From contig OX597823.1 in NCBI GenBank assembly GCA_951406725.2, positions 22,258,001 through 22,322,000 on the forward strand: a stretch of 64,000 nucleotides of DNA, in the 5' to 3' direction. Source of the DNA: Octopus vulgaris (Eukaryota). A program made the position numbers and the translations under genes. Of this stretch, positions 38,611 through 51,554 are shown piece by piece; position 1 is the stretch's first letter, and each line of letters opens with the position of its first letter. The notes below the pieces were generated by a model that worked only from the letters and a program-made list of their open reading frames with translations, was not told where the DNA came from and searched no databases.

Positions 38611-38730
38611 GTAGATATGTATATATATTATATATATATAGGGAGAGTTCACGAAAAAACAAAGGACGAAGACAGGTGGTGTAGAAAACAAACAGATGTA
38701 TTACTATAACGCTCAGGAATTGAAAAAAGT

Positions 38731-38766
38731 CTTTTACGTTTCGAGCCTACGCTCTTCTACAGAAAG
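38731..38766 (-). ncRNA. Minimal hammerhead motif (variant core) within a Penelope pLTR (about 38640-38838)
   Basis: Minus strand CTTT-CTGTAGA-A-GAGC-GTAG-GCTC-GAAAC-GTA-AAAG. Confidence 0.65.
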
Positions 38767-39768
38767 GGGACACAGAAAAGAAAAACACGGAGAGAAACAA
38801 GGAGAGAAAAAATGTGTGTAGTGGCTACCGATCTATCATATATTATATTATATTATATTATATATTATATTATATTATATTATATTATATTATATTATAT
38901 TATATTATATTATGTTAGATTATATTATATTGTGTGTGCGTGTGTGTATGATGACTTCGCTCGTGACCGAGGAATCGATGAACTAAACGGAGTACACAAA
39001 TGAAAAATGTTGAAATAAATATGATAGACACATTAGGTTAATTAATTAAGACAAATCAAGATGCAAAAATAGATATTTGGCAATAATGTTTTTACTGTCC
39101 CAGTAATATATTATAGTCATAGAATCTAATTTGAAGCCAAGCGAATTGACATGACTACACAGAAAAAGAGGTAAAATATTGAGCTATTATATGATCATCA
39201 TTTTTATGTGAACATCAGAGAGTCGTGGGCTTTGCGCAACAAGAAAACTACTCTAAAGTATTAATTTGTAGGACTACAAAAATATTACGCAAAGAACGAT
39301 GGAAAATAATTATAATAAAAAATACTAACAAAGCTAAAACCTGTCTTTTTTTTTCTGTTTTCAACAAATACAAAAGAAAGGTTGAAGTGACAGATAGCAG
39401 ATAGTCGTGAAGAAAAAGGGAAAACAACAGAAATCGTAAAAGCGAAAGAAAGTAAAAATGAGGCTACAGAATGCCATGTTAAAGCTGTCTGAAAATATCC
39501 CTTGCATAACCTAAACCTGAAAAAAAAGACAAAAACAGCGATTCGAATGAAATCAGACCATATGATGGAAAGTTTAGAGCGCAAAGTTGATACTGAAGGA
39601 AACTTGAATGAATTAGATAACAAAACCTTTCCAAGTAATGAAGGAGAATAGATGAAGAAACTACTGAAAAGATGACTGCTGAGAAGAAGCAATTAACCTT
39701 TGTCTTTGATTGCCTCCGGTGATTAACTATATTGTTTTCTTCTTAGCCAAGAAAGAATACATCTAGAC

Positions 39769-39813
39769 CACTGGTCCTCAACCTGGGGTCAGCAAAGGCA
39801 GTATTGGGGATCC
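39769..39813 (+). mobile_element. hAT/Charlie-type terminal fragment
   Basis: tctagac-CACTGGTCCTCAACCTGGGGTC resembles CAGTGGTTCTCAACCTGGGG TIRs with an NTCTAGAN-type target. Confidence 0.4.
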
Positions 39814-39986
39814 TTGTATATATATATATATAATAAATCTCTGAACGAGGTATAAACTGTTGTTTCACGTTCAGAGATGTATTATTGCTTGTTTACACTT
39901 TTTCGAGATCAGTGACTTTTCGTCACTGGAAAAAGGATATATGTATTTGCATTGGGACCCCTTCGCATCGAAGACCGGTGATTGTC

Positions 39987-40029
39987 GTGTACTGACGACG
40001 GGTAAATATCCAGAAACCCGGGTCCGTGC
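39987..40029 (+). ncRNA. Hammerhead motif in repeat 39835-40192
   Basis: CTGACGA-(C)GGGT-AAAT-ATCC(A)-GAAAC-CCGG-GTC, with palindromic stem III and a GUC triplet; stem I is poor. Confidence 0.55.
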
Positions 40030-40203
40030 GTATCACGTCAAGTCGACGATGGGAAGGATGGGTTCCTTTTGCAAATACTAATAGGGCATAGAAAGTGTGT
40101 CAATAGCCAGCTGGAGATGTTCTCCTGGGGCTGCAAACTACAGTAGCATCCACCCTTAGTGGTTAGCCACACTTAAGTGGCAAATATACTTCATAGATAT
40201 ATA

Positions 40204-40243
<40 letters not shown>

Positions 40244-40244
40244 A

Positions 40245-40436
40245 TATTAGGGAATATATCCAAATTTACAAGGAAAAATCAGATTTAAGATTGAATCCAA
40301 TGTCTAAGATGTGCTGACACGAAACGATCGTAGTGGTTATTCATATGTTAAATTCTAATTTATATAAATTATTTTATGTATTGGATTAAGTCTTTCTTTG
40401 TTTGATTTGTATAATAGTGGTTTTGTCTCTAATTTG

Positions 40437-40440
<4 letters not shown>
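40245..40440 (+). mobile_element. (AAT)n-associated Penelope-derived repeat with degenerate hammerhead (about 40297-40336)
   Basis: tagggaatatatccaaatttacaaggaaaa family; CTAAGA-TGTG-CTGA-CAC-GAAAC-GATC-GTA. Confidence 0.55.
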
Positions 40441-40482
<42 letters not shown>

Positions 40483-40484
40483 TA

Positions 40485-41272
40485 CCGTGTCCCAAAAGTC
40501 ATTGATGGGTTTCAATTTTTAATAACTCCTTTAACTTTACAAATAAATGCATGAAATTTTGATACAATATAAAGAATATAATGGAAATTAATATGCACAA
40601 GTCAAATTATGCAACACAACTACATCACATATGGAAAATGATATCGTTTAAATAGCAGCCATTTTCGGCTTCGCACGCCCGTGCTCTTTCCAAAACTTGC
40701 ACAATAACACCCTCAAGAGTTTCAGGCCCCACTTCTCTGATTTCTCTATTGATGTTCTCCTTCAGTTGCACCAGAGTCTCCGGTTTGTTAATGTAAACCC
40801 TCTCTTTCGGTTATTCCGACAAGAAAAAATCCGAGCTAGTCTGGGGAATGTGAAGGTCATTCAAAGTAGACCTCACACATGGTTCCAGCAAGATGAGGCA
40901 ACTGCTCATACCACAAGAGAAACAATGCAGTTGATGCGGCAGTGTTTTAGAGAGAGAATAATCTTGAGTACGGCAATGTCAACTGGCCTTCACATTTCTA
41001 GACTTGACTAACCCGGATTTTTTCTTGTGGGGATACCTGAATGAGAGGGTTTACTTCAACAAACCGGAGACCCTGGTGCAACTGAAGGAGAACATCAATA
41101 GAGAAATCAGAGAAGTGGGATCTGAAACTCTTGGGGGTGTTATGGTGCAAGTTTTGGAAAGAGCATGAACATGCGAAGCCGAAAATGGCTGCCATTTAAG
41201 TGATGTCAGTTTTCATATGTGAGTTACGGAAGTTATTAAAAATTGAAACTCCTCAGGGACTTTTAGGACAAG

Positions 41273-41275
<3 letters not shown>
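40485..41275 (+). mobile_element. rosa-like Tc1/mariner derivative with long inverted arms containing the transposase C-terminus
   Basis: + strand WFQQDEATAHT...NWP...PDFFLWGYLNERVYFNKPETLVQLKENINREI...ENGCHL. 40625-40860 is the reverse complement of about 40985-41222. Termini gtcccaaaagtc / gacttttaggac. Confidence 0.88.
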
Positions 41276-41359
<84 letters not shown>

Positions 41360-41440
41360 AGGATAAGCATATTAAAAGGGGTTAGGAACCACTTATCTAG
41401 TGCATGGCAGAGATGAAGATTTAATTTACTAGAAATTATG

Positions 41441-41659
41441 AAGGCGGCGAGCTGGCAGAATCGTTAGCACGCCGGGAAAAATGGTTCGCAGAATTTCGTC
41501 TGTCTTCATGTTCCGTGTTCAAAATCCGCCGAGGTTGATTTTTGCCTTTCATCTTTTCGGAGTCGATAAAATAAGCACCATTTGAGTACTGAGGTCAATG
41601 TAATATCGACATGGACCCACCCCAAAATCGCTGGCCTTGTGCCAAAATTTGAAACCATT
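41441..41659 (+). mobile_element. SINE family B, full length
   Basis: aaggcggcgagctggcagaatcgttag (A-box-like)...gttcaaaatccgccgagg (B-box-like)...gcctttcatcttttcggagtcgataaaataag. Confidence 0.88.
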
Positions 41660-41689
41660 TACAAGAACTTATCCGAACATTGTTAAACA

Positions 41690-42160
41690 CAAAGAGAAAA
41701 GTGATGGTGTGAAACATCCACCTGAAATGGTTTCAATCAATAACAAAATAACCATAATGTGGGATATTCCAACTCACATAGAAAGTTTCAGGTAAATCTA
41801 CCAGGAAAGATAGTGCCACTTAATGGATGTATCAATTCCATTAATATAGCACCAAAGAGAAATGGAAAAATTATAACAAGTTATGGAAATGAAGATCATT
41901 AGAAATTGGAGACTGCAAAAATATAAAATAAAAACAATCTTTATGATAATGAGTGGCTCGAGAATGATTAAAGCAGAAGCACATAAATACACTAGAGCTT
42001 ACATATTTACGCAACATACGGTACACATGATATGTAAGAGTACTTTGAATATACTAGAAAACAAACCCAAAATAAATCGCTGTATGCTTCCAAGGTACAT
42101 GTAACTGAGCTCACTAGTGCAGTAGGAACATGTAAACAAAATAAAACTGCTGAATAATAC
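41690..42160 (+). mobile_element. R4/Dong RLE 3' remnant, old
   Basis: ITIMWDIPTH..CHLMDVSIP..KEMEK..EMKIIRNWRL and tail aaataaaactgctgaataata; homologous to 62664-63115. Confidence 0.65.
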
Positions 42161-42229
42161 TAATTTCTTAGATAAGGACAAGACCATAGATATTTGGTAG
42201 GAGATAAGCTGCAATTGGATATATTCGCG

Positions 42230-42605
42230 CGAGTATTTAATTGCTATTTGAACTGATCGATGGCGCGAAGACGAAATGAAAAGTATACGTTAGCAGAATT
42301 TTAACGTAGAAAGTAAAGGAATGTTACTAAACACCATAAAGCATTTAACATATTTCTCAACTACAGTAACAATAATAATAATAATGCTTTCTACTAATAG
42401 CACAAGTCCTGAACTTGGAGGCAGGGGGGGTAAGTCGATTACATCGACCTCAGTTTTTCACTGGTACTAAATTTATCGACCCCGAAAGGATGAAAGCAAA
42501 GTTGATCCCGGTGGAATTTGAACTCAGAACTCGCAGACAGACGAAGTGCCAGTAAGCATTTTTCCCAGCGTGCTAACGATTCTGCCAGCTCGCCGCCTTA
42601 GTAAC

Positions 42606-42672
<67 letters not shown>

Positions 42673-43540
42673 TTTCTAATTTAAACAATAAGTGTACTAT
42701 TTTGAGAAGGTTGTGGGTGGGGGTTGTTGATGAAATTAACTTCAGTACGTGATTGGTATTTTATATTATTGATCCCGAAAGGATGAAAAGGGAAACTTAA
42801 CTCTGGTAGAATTTGAAGTCAGAATGTAAGGAGCTACGACTAATACCGAGAAGCACTTTGTTCGATGCTCTAACGAACTCCCCATTCCCATGATCATTTT
42901 GTTTCTAATTTAGGAACAAAGCCGGCAATTTTGACCAGAGAAAGGGTACTTATTTTATCGACTATGTAAATATGAAAGACACAGTTGAACTCTACCGGTG
43001 TTGAACACAGAAGGTAATGTATTTAGTCCGACGTTCTCATGGTTTAGCCATTCTGCCTCAGTAATAGTAACAGTGGTTTCAAATTTTGCCACAAGGCAGT
43101 AGTAGTAGTAGTGTTTTGAAATTTTGACTCAAAGGCACAATTTCAAGGGAGATGGGTTTAGTGGTACCTTATTTTATCGACCCCAAAAGGATGAAAGGCA
43201 AAGTCGACTTCGGCAGAATTTGAACTCAGAACGGAGCTAACGATTCTGCCAGTTCACCGCCATGGTAACAATTTTTTTCAAATTTTGGTTGAAGGTCGAC
43301 AATTTCAAGAGGTGGTTTCAGTCGTTCATATCGACCTCAGTGCTTGACTGGTACTTTATTTTTGGCCTTAATGGGATTTGAACTCAAAACGCGAACAGCC
43401 ATAACAAATGCGACAAGGCACTTTTACCAACGCTCTAAAAGCTCTGCTATTTCGCTGGCTTTTCAAACTTAGTACGTAAAAGGACAGAAAAAATGTAGCA
43501 AGGATTTTTTCCCCGACAACCTAGCAATCTACTATCCTCA
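42230..43540 (-). mobile_element. Tandem array of about 6 SINE family B copies
   Basis: Units at about 42385-42600, 42673-42890, 42900-43060, 43075-43262 and 43270-43460, plus partials. All have the same orientation and are separated by (AAT)n/(AGT)n. Confidence 0.8.
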
Positions 43541-43611
43541 GTCACAAGAGTATCGGATTAAAACCACCACTAACACAAGAACATTAACATCAATAACGCC
43601 AGTAACTTTAT

Positions 43612-43771
43612 TTACATTATTTACATTTGATGTATATTTGTCTTCATCTTGTTTGTTGTTAACACAACGCTTCGGTGGATATGCCCTCCAGCCTTCATCA
43701 GGTGTCTTGGAGAAATTTCAAACCTAGTTTCTCATTTCTAAGATATTTTCGATATTATTATTATTATTATA

Positions 43772-43852
<81 letters not shown>

Positions 43853-44074
43853 ATTATTATTATTCAGTTCACTGCCTGGAATCGAACTCGAGTTTGATTC
43901 CAAGCAGTGATACTTTAGGAATGAGAACCCAGGTTTGAAATTTCTCCAACACACCTGATGAAGGCTGGAGGGTATATCTGCCGAAAGGTTGTGTTAACAA
44001 CAAACAAGATGAGGACAAATAGCCGTCAAATGTAAATAATGTACATAATTCCTCATCTCTTAAATATAGAACTG
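43612..44074. mobile_element. tRNA-headed hammerhead element, head-to-head fold-back (copy 2)
   Basis: Inversion axis lies inside the B box (ggaatcgaactc|gagtttgattcc, about 43889). Hammerheads at 43661-43706 (-) and 43951-43995 (+). Tail matches 28640-28720. Confidence 0.88.
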
Positions 44075-44344
44075 TAACATCAGTAACAATAAGACACCGT
44101 CTACAAGAACACCAGCAACACTAGCCTATGAAGAAGCCTCTGTGCTAACGCTCAATCTGCTAGAAATAGGAAGCAGATATTCCCTGAAAATACACCCGAT
44201 CATTTTTAAGAGAGGAAAACCACAGTGGAAAATGTAGTCCCATATAAACTGTGTATGTAGAAATGATTGTAACAAATAGATTCATAAAATAAGGATATGG
44301 CTGGAAGGCCTTTGATTTGTTGCATGCTAATCAGCTACACTAAC

Positions 44345-44382
<38 letters not shown>

Positions 44383-44384
<2 letters not shown>

Positions 44385-44760
44385 TTTTGAAATGTTGGTA
44401 CAAAGCCAGCAATTTTAAGGGAGATGGGTTTAGTGGTACCTTATTTTATCAAACTGGAAAGAATGAAAGTGAAAGTTAACTTGAGCGGAATCTAAACTTA
44501 TATGTAATGTGTCGGAAGAAATACTGCTAGACATTTTGTTCGACGCTCTAACAATTCTGAAAGCTCGTCGCCTCAGTAGTAGTAGTAGTAGTAGTTTCTA
44601 ATATAGGCTCATAGCCTGAAACTTTACTGAAGGGAGTTAGTCGATTACAACAACTCCTGTACTTGGCTGGTACTTCATTTTATCGACCCTAGAGAAAGTT
44701 GACTGGCGCGGAATTTGAACTCAGAATGTAAAGAGCCGGAAGAAATACCGCTAAGGATTT
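44383..44760 (-). mobile_element. Two further tandem SINE family B copies
   Basis: 44383-44575 and 44594-44760, separated by (AGT)n. Confidence 0.75.
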
Positions 44761-44907
44761 ACCTCCTGGGTCCTTTACTACATACAGTATGATACTACAG
44801 AGACGTTTGGAGCTTTACATACGGGGTCATGTAAAGACAGCGGGTAGAGGGCAGTTATATTATTTTGGAAATTGTGTACAATTGGTAACATACACATAGT
44901 TAATTGT

Positions 44908-45268
44908 GGCACTCCGTCGGTTGCGACGACGAGGGTTCTAGCTGATCCGATCAACGGAACAACCTGCTCGTGAACCTTTAACGTAGTTCTCGGGGAGATT
45001 CAGTGTGACACAGAGTGTGACAAGGCTGGCCCTTTAAAATACAGGTACAAGAGAGACAGGAAAAAAGAGTGAGAGAAAGTTGTGGTGAAAGAATACAGCA
45101 GTGGCCGCCACCAGCCTCCTGCCGGAGGTCGCCCTAACCCCTGCCGGAGCTTCGTGGGGCTTTAGGTGTTTTCGCTCAATAAACACCCACAACGCCCGGT
45201 CTGGGAATCGAAATCGTGATCCTACGACCGCGAGTCTGCTGCCCTAACAACGGGGCCATTGTGCCTCC
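44908..45268 (-). mobile_element. tRNA-Arg-derived SINE family C with 12-bp TSD
   Basis: Reverse complement of 14137-14519; flanks atagttaattgt (44896-44907) and atagtgaattgt (45269-45280). Confidence 0.92.
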
Positions 45269-46239
45269 ATAGTGAATTGTACAGATTGATTGAAAAAATA
45301 AATAAATGAGTACATTTCATATAGAGATAAATATTTATTATGAATATTATATTATAAATTTATATTTATTATTAATATCTATTATAATATAACTAATATA
45401 AATATGAAAATACAAATTACGGCGAATGAGAGAATCCCACCCACGCATAAGCAAGAAGTCGCCATCTGGTTTTGATTAGGGTACCCCATAAGCCTGATTA
45501 CATGCTAATTCTATGTATTATGTATCTATATACTTGAAACGTTCAGTCCTCAAAAGTGGCAGAATTGGTAAGAAAAAAGAAAGAGGCAACGAGGATTCCT
45601 CATGGTAGCTTAGGTTATAATAAACTGTTCACAGACGTTATAACAATACGGCTTTCGAGTTCTATGGCAACGGTTAACAATTTTAAGGAAGTGATGGGTA
45701 AGTTGATTATATGGATGCCAATGCTCAACTGGTATTTATTTTAGCGACCTCAAAACAGACGAAAGGCAAAGTCGAAATCGGCAGTTTTTGATGTCAGAAC
45801 GTAAAATTTCGCCGTGGTCCTAATAATAACAATTCTATTGACGGCATTAGATCCAAGACGTTGGCGACGGGTTGGAGGAACAACACGAAGGCGAAATACA
45901 AAGAGAAACCATAAACAACAGAAGGAGTTTTACGCTGATATGAATCTCAATCAATTAAGACGCATTCATAAATACATTGTAATAATGATAACGATTAACA
46001 ACAGAATAAGGATAATGTTTTCCCGTTTTACGAGTGTTGTAGGTTTTTTTTTTTATGATTAAAAATAATTCGGTGAAGAAATTTAAACCATAAAAATATT
46101 CCTTGTTAAAAGACGGCTTTTAATTGTTATTATTGTAACTTGGTGTTTAATATTTGTACCTGCCTGGGGTTAAATAACAACGTCTGTCGCAATCACGTCT
46201 TGTTTTTTTTTTTTGTTTTGTTTTTTTTTTTGTTTATTT

Positions 46240-46991
46240 TGCGCGGCATTTTGAGCCAGTGTTTTCTACTATAACCTTTGGCAGACCATGCTTTATGAGT
46301 GAATTTGGTAGAGGGTAACTGTGTGGAAGCCCGCCGTGTGCGTGTGTGTGTGTGTGGATATATAAGCGTATGTGAGTATATATATATGTGTGTATATATA
46401 TGCATGTGTATATATATGTGTGTGTGTATGTGTATGTGTGTATATATATGTGTGTGTTTATATATATTTGTGTGTATATATATGTGTGTGTATATATATG
46501 TGTGTATATATGTGTGTATATGTGTGTGCATATATGTGCGTGTATATATATATATGTGTGTATATATATGTGTGTATGTATTTATATATGTGTGTGTATA
46601 TGTGTGTGTATATATATGTGTGTGTATATGTGTGTATATGTGTGTATGTGTGTATGTGAGTATGTATATATGTGTATGTGAAGGCACATGGCATAGTGGT
46701 TACGGCATTCAGCTCGCGATCGTAGGATCGTGAGTTCGATTCTCCGCGGTGCGTTGTGCCCTTGAGCAAGACGCTTTATTTTCACTTTGCTGGCAAAAGT
46801 GAGTTGTACCTGAATTTCAAAGGGCCAGCCTTGTCGCATTCGATGTCATGCTGAATTTTCCCAAAATCTACGTTAAGGGTGCCCGTTTCTGTGGAATACT
46901 CAGCCACTTGCACGTTAATTTCATGAGCAGGCTCTTCCGTTGATCGGATAAACTGGAACCCTCGTCGTCGTAACCGACGGAATACTATGTA

Positions 46992-47037
<46 letters not shown>

Positions 47038-47230
47038 TACTCCGCCGCTTGACAACCGGTATTAGTTTCTTTACGTCCCCATGACTGTCTTAACAGTTTG
47101 GCAAAAAGCGAGAGACAGAGTAAGCACCAGACTTCAAAAAAGGACTGGGGTTGATTTGCTTGACTAAACCCTTCAGGCGGTGCTGCAGTATGGCCGCTAT
47201 CTACCGACTGAAACAAGTAAAATACAATAA
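46240..47230 (+). mobile_element. SINE family A with a family C-related SINE (46681-46983) nested in its central microsatellite
   Basis: Family A 5' part 46240-46340 and 3' part 47035-47230. The insert has TGGCATAGTGG / GAGTTCGATTCT boxes and the family C 3' end. Confidence 0.8.
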
Positions 47231-47294
47231 ATAAATAAAGGATAGTTTACCTAGGTCTACGGTATAGAGAGTGTAATTTCTAATTTATAAGATG

Positions 47295-47975
47295 TTAAGG
47301 TGTGCTATAAAGAATAGATTTGGCTGCTATTTCTAGCATAGATTCGGGGATCGCCTTGCCACATTGGTATTGTTGTTGTTCAGCCCTAAATCAATATGAC
47401 TATGAACTTCCGTCCTTTGTATAACAGGGACCACATTGTCCAATGTATCCGTCTTTATTTATCATTCGCAGGAGGGAATTTAGCTGCTATCTCTAGCGAG
47501 TTTTGCGATCACATTTCTGTTGAAATTGAAAATATTATCTGTCTCATGTATGGCAGAGTTGATGTTGAAGTTGTTTAACCCAGATGCTTCAGATTGAGCA
47601 GAACTCTGATCAAAAGCGTTCCAGACGAGACCATCCTTTAATTTTTCTACACAGTGTATCCCAGACTGCATTATTCAATGTACCCTTCCCTTTTATTTTC
47701 TTAAAATGCTAGGGTGTGATTTGAGGGAAATCTGGCTGCTATTTCTAGCGGGTCAAGTCTCTCCGTAGAAGTTACTGTTATTGTTTAGTCCCAAGTCAGC
47801 TCGGATCCAACAGATATAATATCGAAAGCGTTCCAGCTTTGGCCTCTCTGTCTTTTTTTTCAAACAGCATGTTTCTAGATTTAGATCTACATAATTCAAA
47901 ACTTCTTTCTCTTTCTTTTAAGACAATGTAATTTAAAAGAGATTTAGCTGCTATTTCTAGCAAATCGACTAATCA
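47295..47975 (-). repeat. Four degenerate tandem units of repeat D
   Basis: Motif TT(G/A)GCTGCTATTTCTAGC at about 47319, 47480, 47733 and 47943, mostly followed by gttgttgtt..agccc..; an opposite-orientation copy lies at about 48080-48260. Confidence 0.7.
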
Positions 47976-50324
47976 CATTAACACAAATCTAGATGCTTTT
48001 GTTGGATGTAAATTAATGAACATTTTTTGTTTTTGTTTCTTTTCTTATTTTCATTAAAAATATGCAACAGATGTGCACTAGACAGGAACATGAGATTTTA
48101 GATCGCCTGAAAATCACATTTTAACAGATTAACAACAAACAGGGGGAACACATTGGCTAATGCAGAGCTAAATATGTTGTCTGAAATAATTCGATGCGAT
48201 GATCATGGCTGGAGCCTTGATCAATCTAAGGCCTATTGTTGCTGTACCAGGACTGATCTATACTAATTATAAACATTAACACATATTTGACTGAAATACA
48301 TCATGAAGTAAATTAATTAATAATTTTCCGTATTAAACTTTTAACTACTTTCAATTTGTTTAAATATTAACATATCAAAACATTTGTTAAAGTTATTTCA
48401 TAACTCTTACCTTTCTGTTGATGAAGAAAAAAAAAATCGAACAAAAATCCGCAAGACTTGCTTCGATAAATATTTCCAATGGGTTTTTGCAATTGGTTTT
48501 AAAATACTATAGGAATGTTTTGATTAAAGTTTTCCACGTGTGTATGTAATTCAAGAAGAATGCAGTTGATTAAAAGTTTGGTTAAATATTGGTCAAAATG
48601 TAACAATAATAAAAAAAAAAAATAATACACATTAAGTACACACAAAACAGCGTTGTTGACTCTTCTTCGTTAGAGTTAAATATATATCACAGATCTGCTT
48701 GCGTTGAGAATCTTACGTCTGACTGTAAAATATATATTACATATACACGAACAGGGCGGTCACTGGTTAAAGCGTGCCTACACAAGTCTTATTTAGAGTA
48801 TCACAGGTAAAAACAAAACCAAACAAGAATACTCCGCCCTGACAACATCAGTTTTATTTTTCTTTTATATGTGTATTTTCAAAGTGTCTTCAGAGGCGAC
48901 GATGCACACACAACTGTAACGTAGAATTGTGGATATTGTTGATGTTGATGTTGAAGTTACTGAAACATGTAGGCATATAGAAGTTGGTGTTTCCTAGTGA
49001 TGGTCACTAAACCGTAGAATAGTAAAAGAGAGAGATCCAGTAATATCTTCGACCGGTGACAAACCCCACAAAATCCAATCGATACACTGTTACTCACCAA
49101 ATGAACTGAACTAGAACAAAATGAAAAAATGAAAAATAAAAATTTTAGAATATGTTAAGTATTTCTCCAAATACAAAATTAAACATTTGAGGTTCTAACT
49201 GCATAAATGATATATCTAGTATTGCGACTATGTTTTGTTATGGAACCAGGTTGTTTAAAGAATTTGTGTTTCCAAAGTTGATATATTTAAACAGAGTTGG
49301 ATATTCAGTTTACAAGACGAAATGAAAACAAGCAGCTTCAATAATAACTTATGCGATAACTGCAGGAAACTAAACTAAACTAAAATGAAATAAAGGGTAA
49401 TTTCTAGAACACATACATGCATAACATATATTACGTACCACATTCATACATATATACGTACATATACATATGTGTGTGTGTGTGTGTGTCTGTTTGTGTG
49501 AGTATGTGTGTGTTTCTCTTTTAAGCGGCGTGATTGATCAGTACGTGAGTGCGTTTATTTCGTTCACGTGTTCCGTCGTATTATGTAAAGCCTAACTTTA
49601 TGCCCGTGTCTGTAAGTACGTGCGTGCGTGCGTATGAGTGTCTGTGGTATGTGTGTGAGAGTAAGCGACAGTGTATGTGCGCGTACGTGTGTGTGTGTAT
49701 GTGTGTTTATGTGCGTGTGTGCATGTTCCTTGGTACACATACCTACGCATATGTACGTTCATAAAGTATACCTAAGTGTGTAGATGTATGTACGCCCACG
49801 CGTCGGTATGGTGTATGTGCATGTTCGGAACTGAGCGTGTCCGTGTATCCTCGCTCATTCCTATATCCATGTGTGCACGCAGACATGTGTGAGTGTGTAT
49901 ATGTGTATGTATGCACACTCAATTATCATTATGCATCTATATATCTCTAAACATCCGTGTGCGTGTGCATGTATGCAGCTGAGCATGTACGCACATTTAT
50001 GCATATATCTTTATATATACATACATATGGGCGTGCATGCATTTTTATATGCATGATTATTAAAAAAAATATTTAAAAATATATATATATTTATATTCAT
50101 ACTTATATATTTTTTTTCATGCATGCTTATGCTTATAAATATATGCGTGTGTAACAATATATACGCATGCAAACATGTCTATATACACCAATGCTTACTC
50201 CTGTCTAGAAACACGTTTCTAAGCATGTATAAACGAATGTTTATATGTGTGTATTTTTCTGCGTGCGTGCGTGTGTGTGAATGGGTTGTGCGTGTTTGTG
50301 CGTAGGTGCACCCTAACTTCTTGA

Positions 50325-50829
50325 TTCTGGGTTCAATTCCACGGCGTGGCACTTAGAACAGGTGACTTCTACTATAACCTCGGGCCAACCGAAGCCTTCA
50401 GAGTGGATGTGGTAAACGGAAACTGAAAGAAGCTCATCGTGTGTATGTTTATATATATATATATATATAATTCACTTGCTTATTTGGGTTTGTTGGCACT
50501 GTTAGTTACGAGCGGATCTTCGAAAGGGTATGTTCTTACTTTCAGTGTTTCCAAATCCAAACCAAGGAGTTTCTGAGCTGAAGATAGAAGTGTTGTTTTG
50601 ACTAATCTTGAAACGTACGTTCTCAAATAACCTTAGCATTTGATTTTTAATGTCCTTACCCCCAAACTTTTGTGAGTTGAATTAAGCAAACACTATATAT
50701 ATGAGAGAGATTTTCTTTAAGTATTAGAAATAGCTTTAAAAAAGTTTTTTAGCTGCTATTTCTAATGAGTTCAGTATGCGGCAAAGTAATTTATTTTACT
50801 AAGCCCTTTTATATAATGTAATAATTTGA

Positions 50830-50872
<43 letters not shown>

Positions 50873-51075
50873 CGTGTCTGTGTGAGCCTTTGTATCTGTG
50901 TTTTTCTCCCGCCACTGCTTGACAACTGGTGGTTGTGCGTTTTTACGCCTCCGTAACTTAGTTCGGCTAACAAGACCAAGAGAATAAGTTCCTGGTTTGA
51001 AAAGAAAAAATTATAATGCTGGAATCAATTCGTTCGACTAGAATTCTCCAAGGCTGTACCCAAGCCTGGCCGCGT
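50325..51075 (+). mobile_element. SINE family A split by Penelope-derived inserts (50470-50830)
   Basis: Head 50325-50440, 3' part 50870-51075. Confidence 0.7.
50574..50625 (+). ncRNA. Type I hammerhead ribozyme motif
   Basis: TGAG-CTGAAGA-TAGA...ATCTT-GAAAC-GTAC-GTT-CTCA; stem I TGAG/CTCA, palindromic stem III. Confidence 0.7.
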
Positions 51076-51093
51076 ATATATATATATATACAC

Positions 51094-51432
<339 letters not shown>

Positions 51433-51554
51433 ATATATATATATTTAAATAATAAGGGTGAAAAATTGAATATTAATTTGATTAATAGCAATTTAAAACC
51501 AGTGGCCTAGCATATTGAAAAATCTGAAGATTCAGAAAAATTATATTAAATACG

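Noticed and set aside
39050-39700. Purine-rich protein-like stretch and ORF 39285-39692
   Set aside because: No recognisable motifs; the minus-strand ORF is an F/S/L-rich shadow of A-rich sequence.
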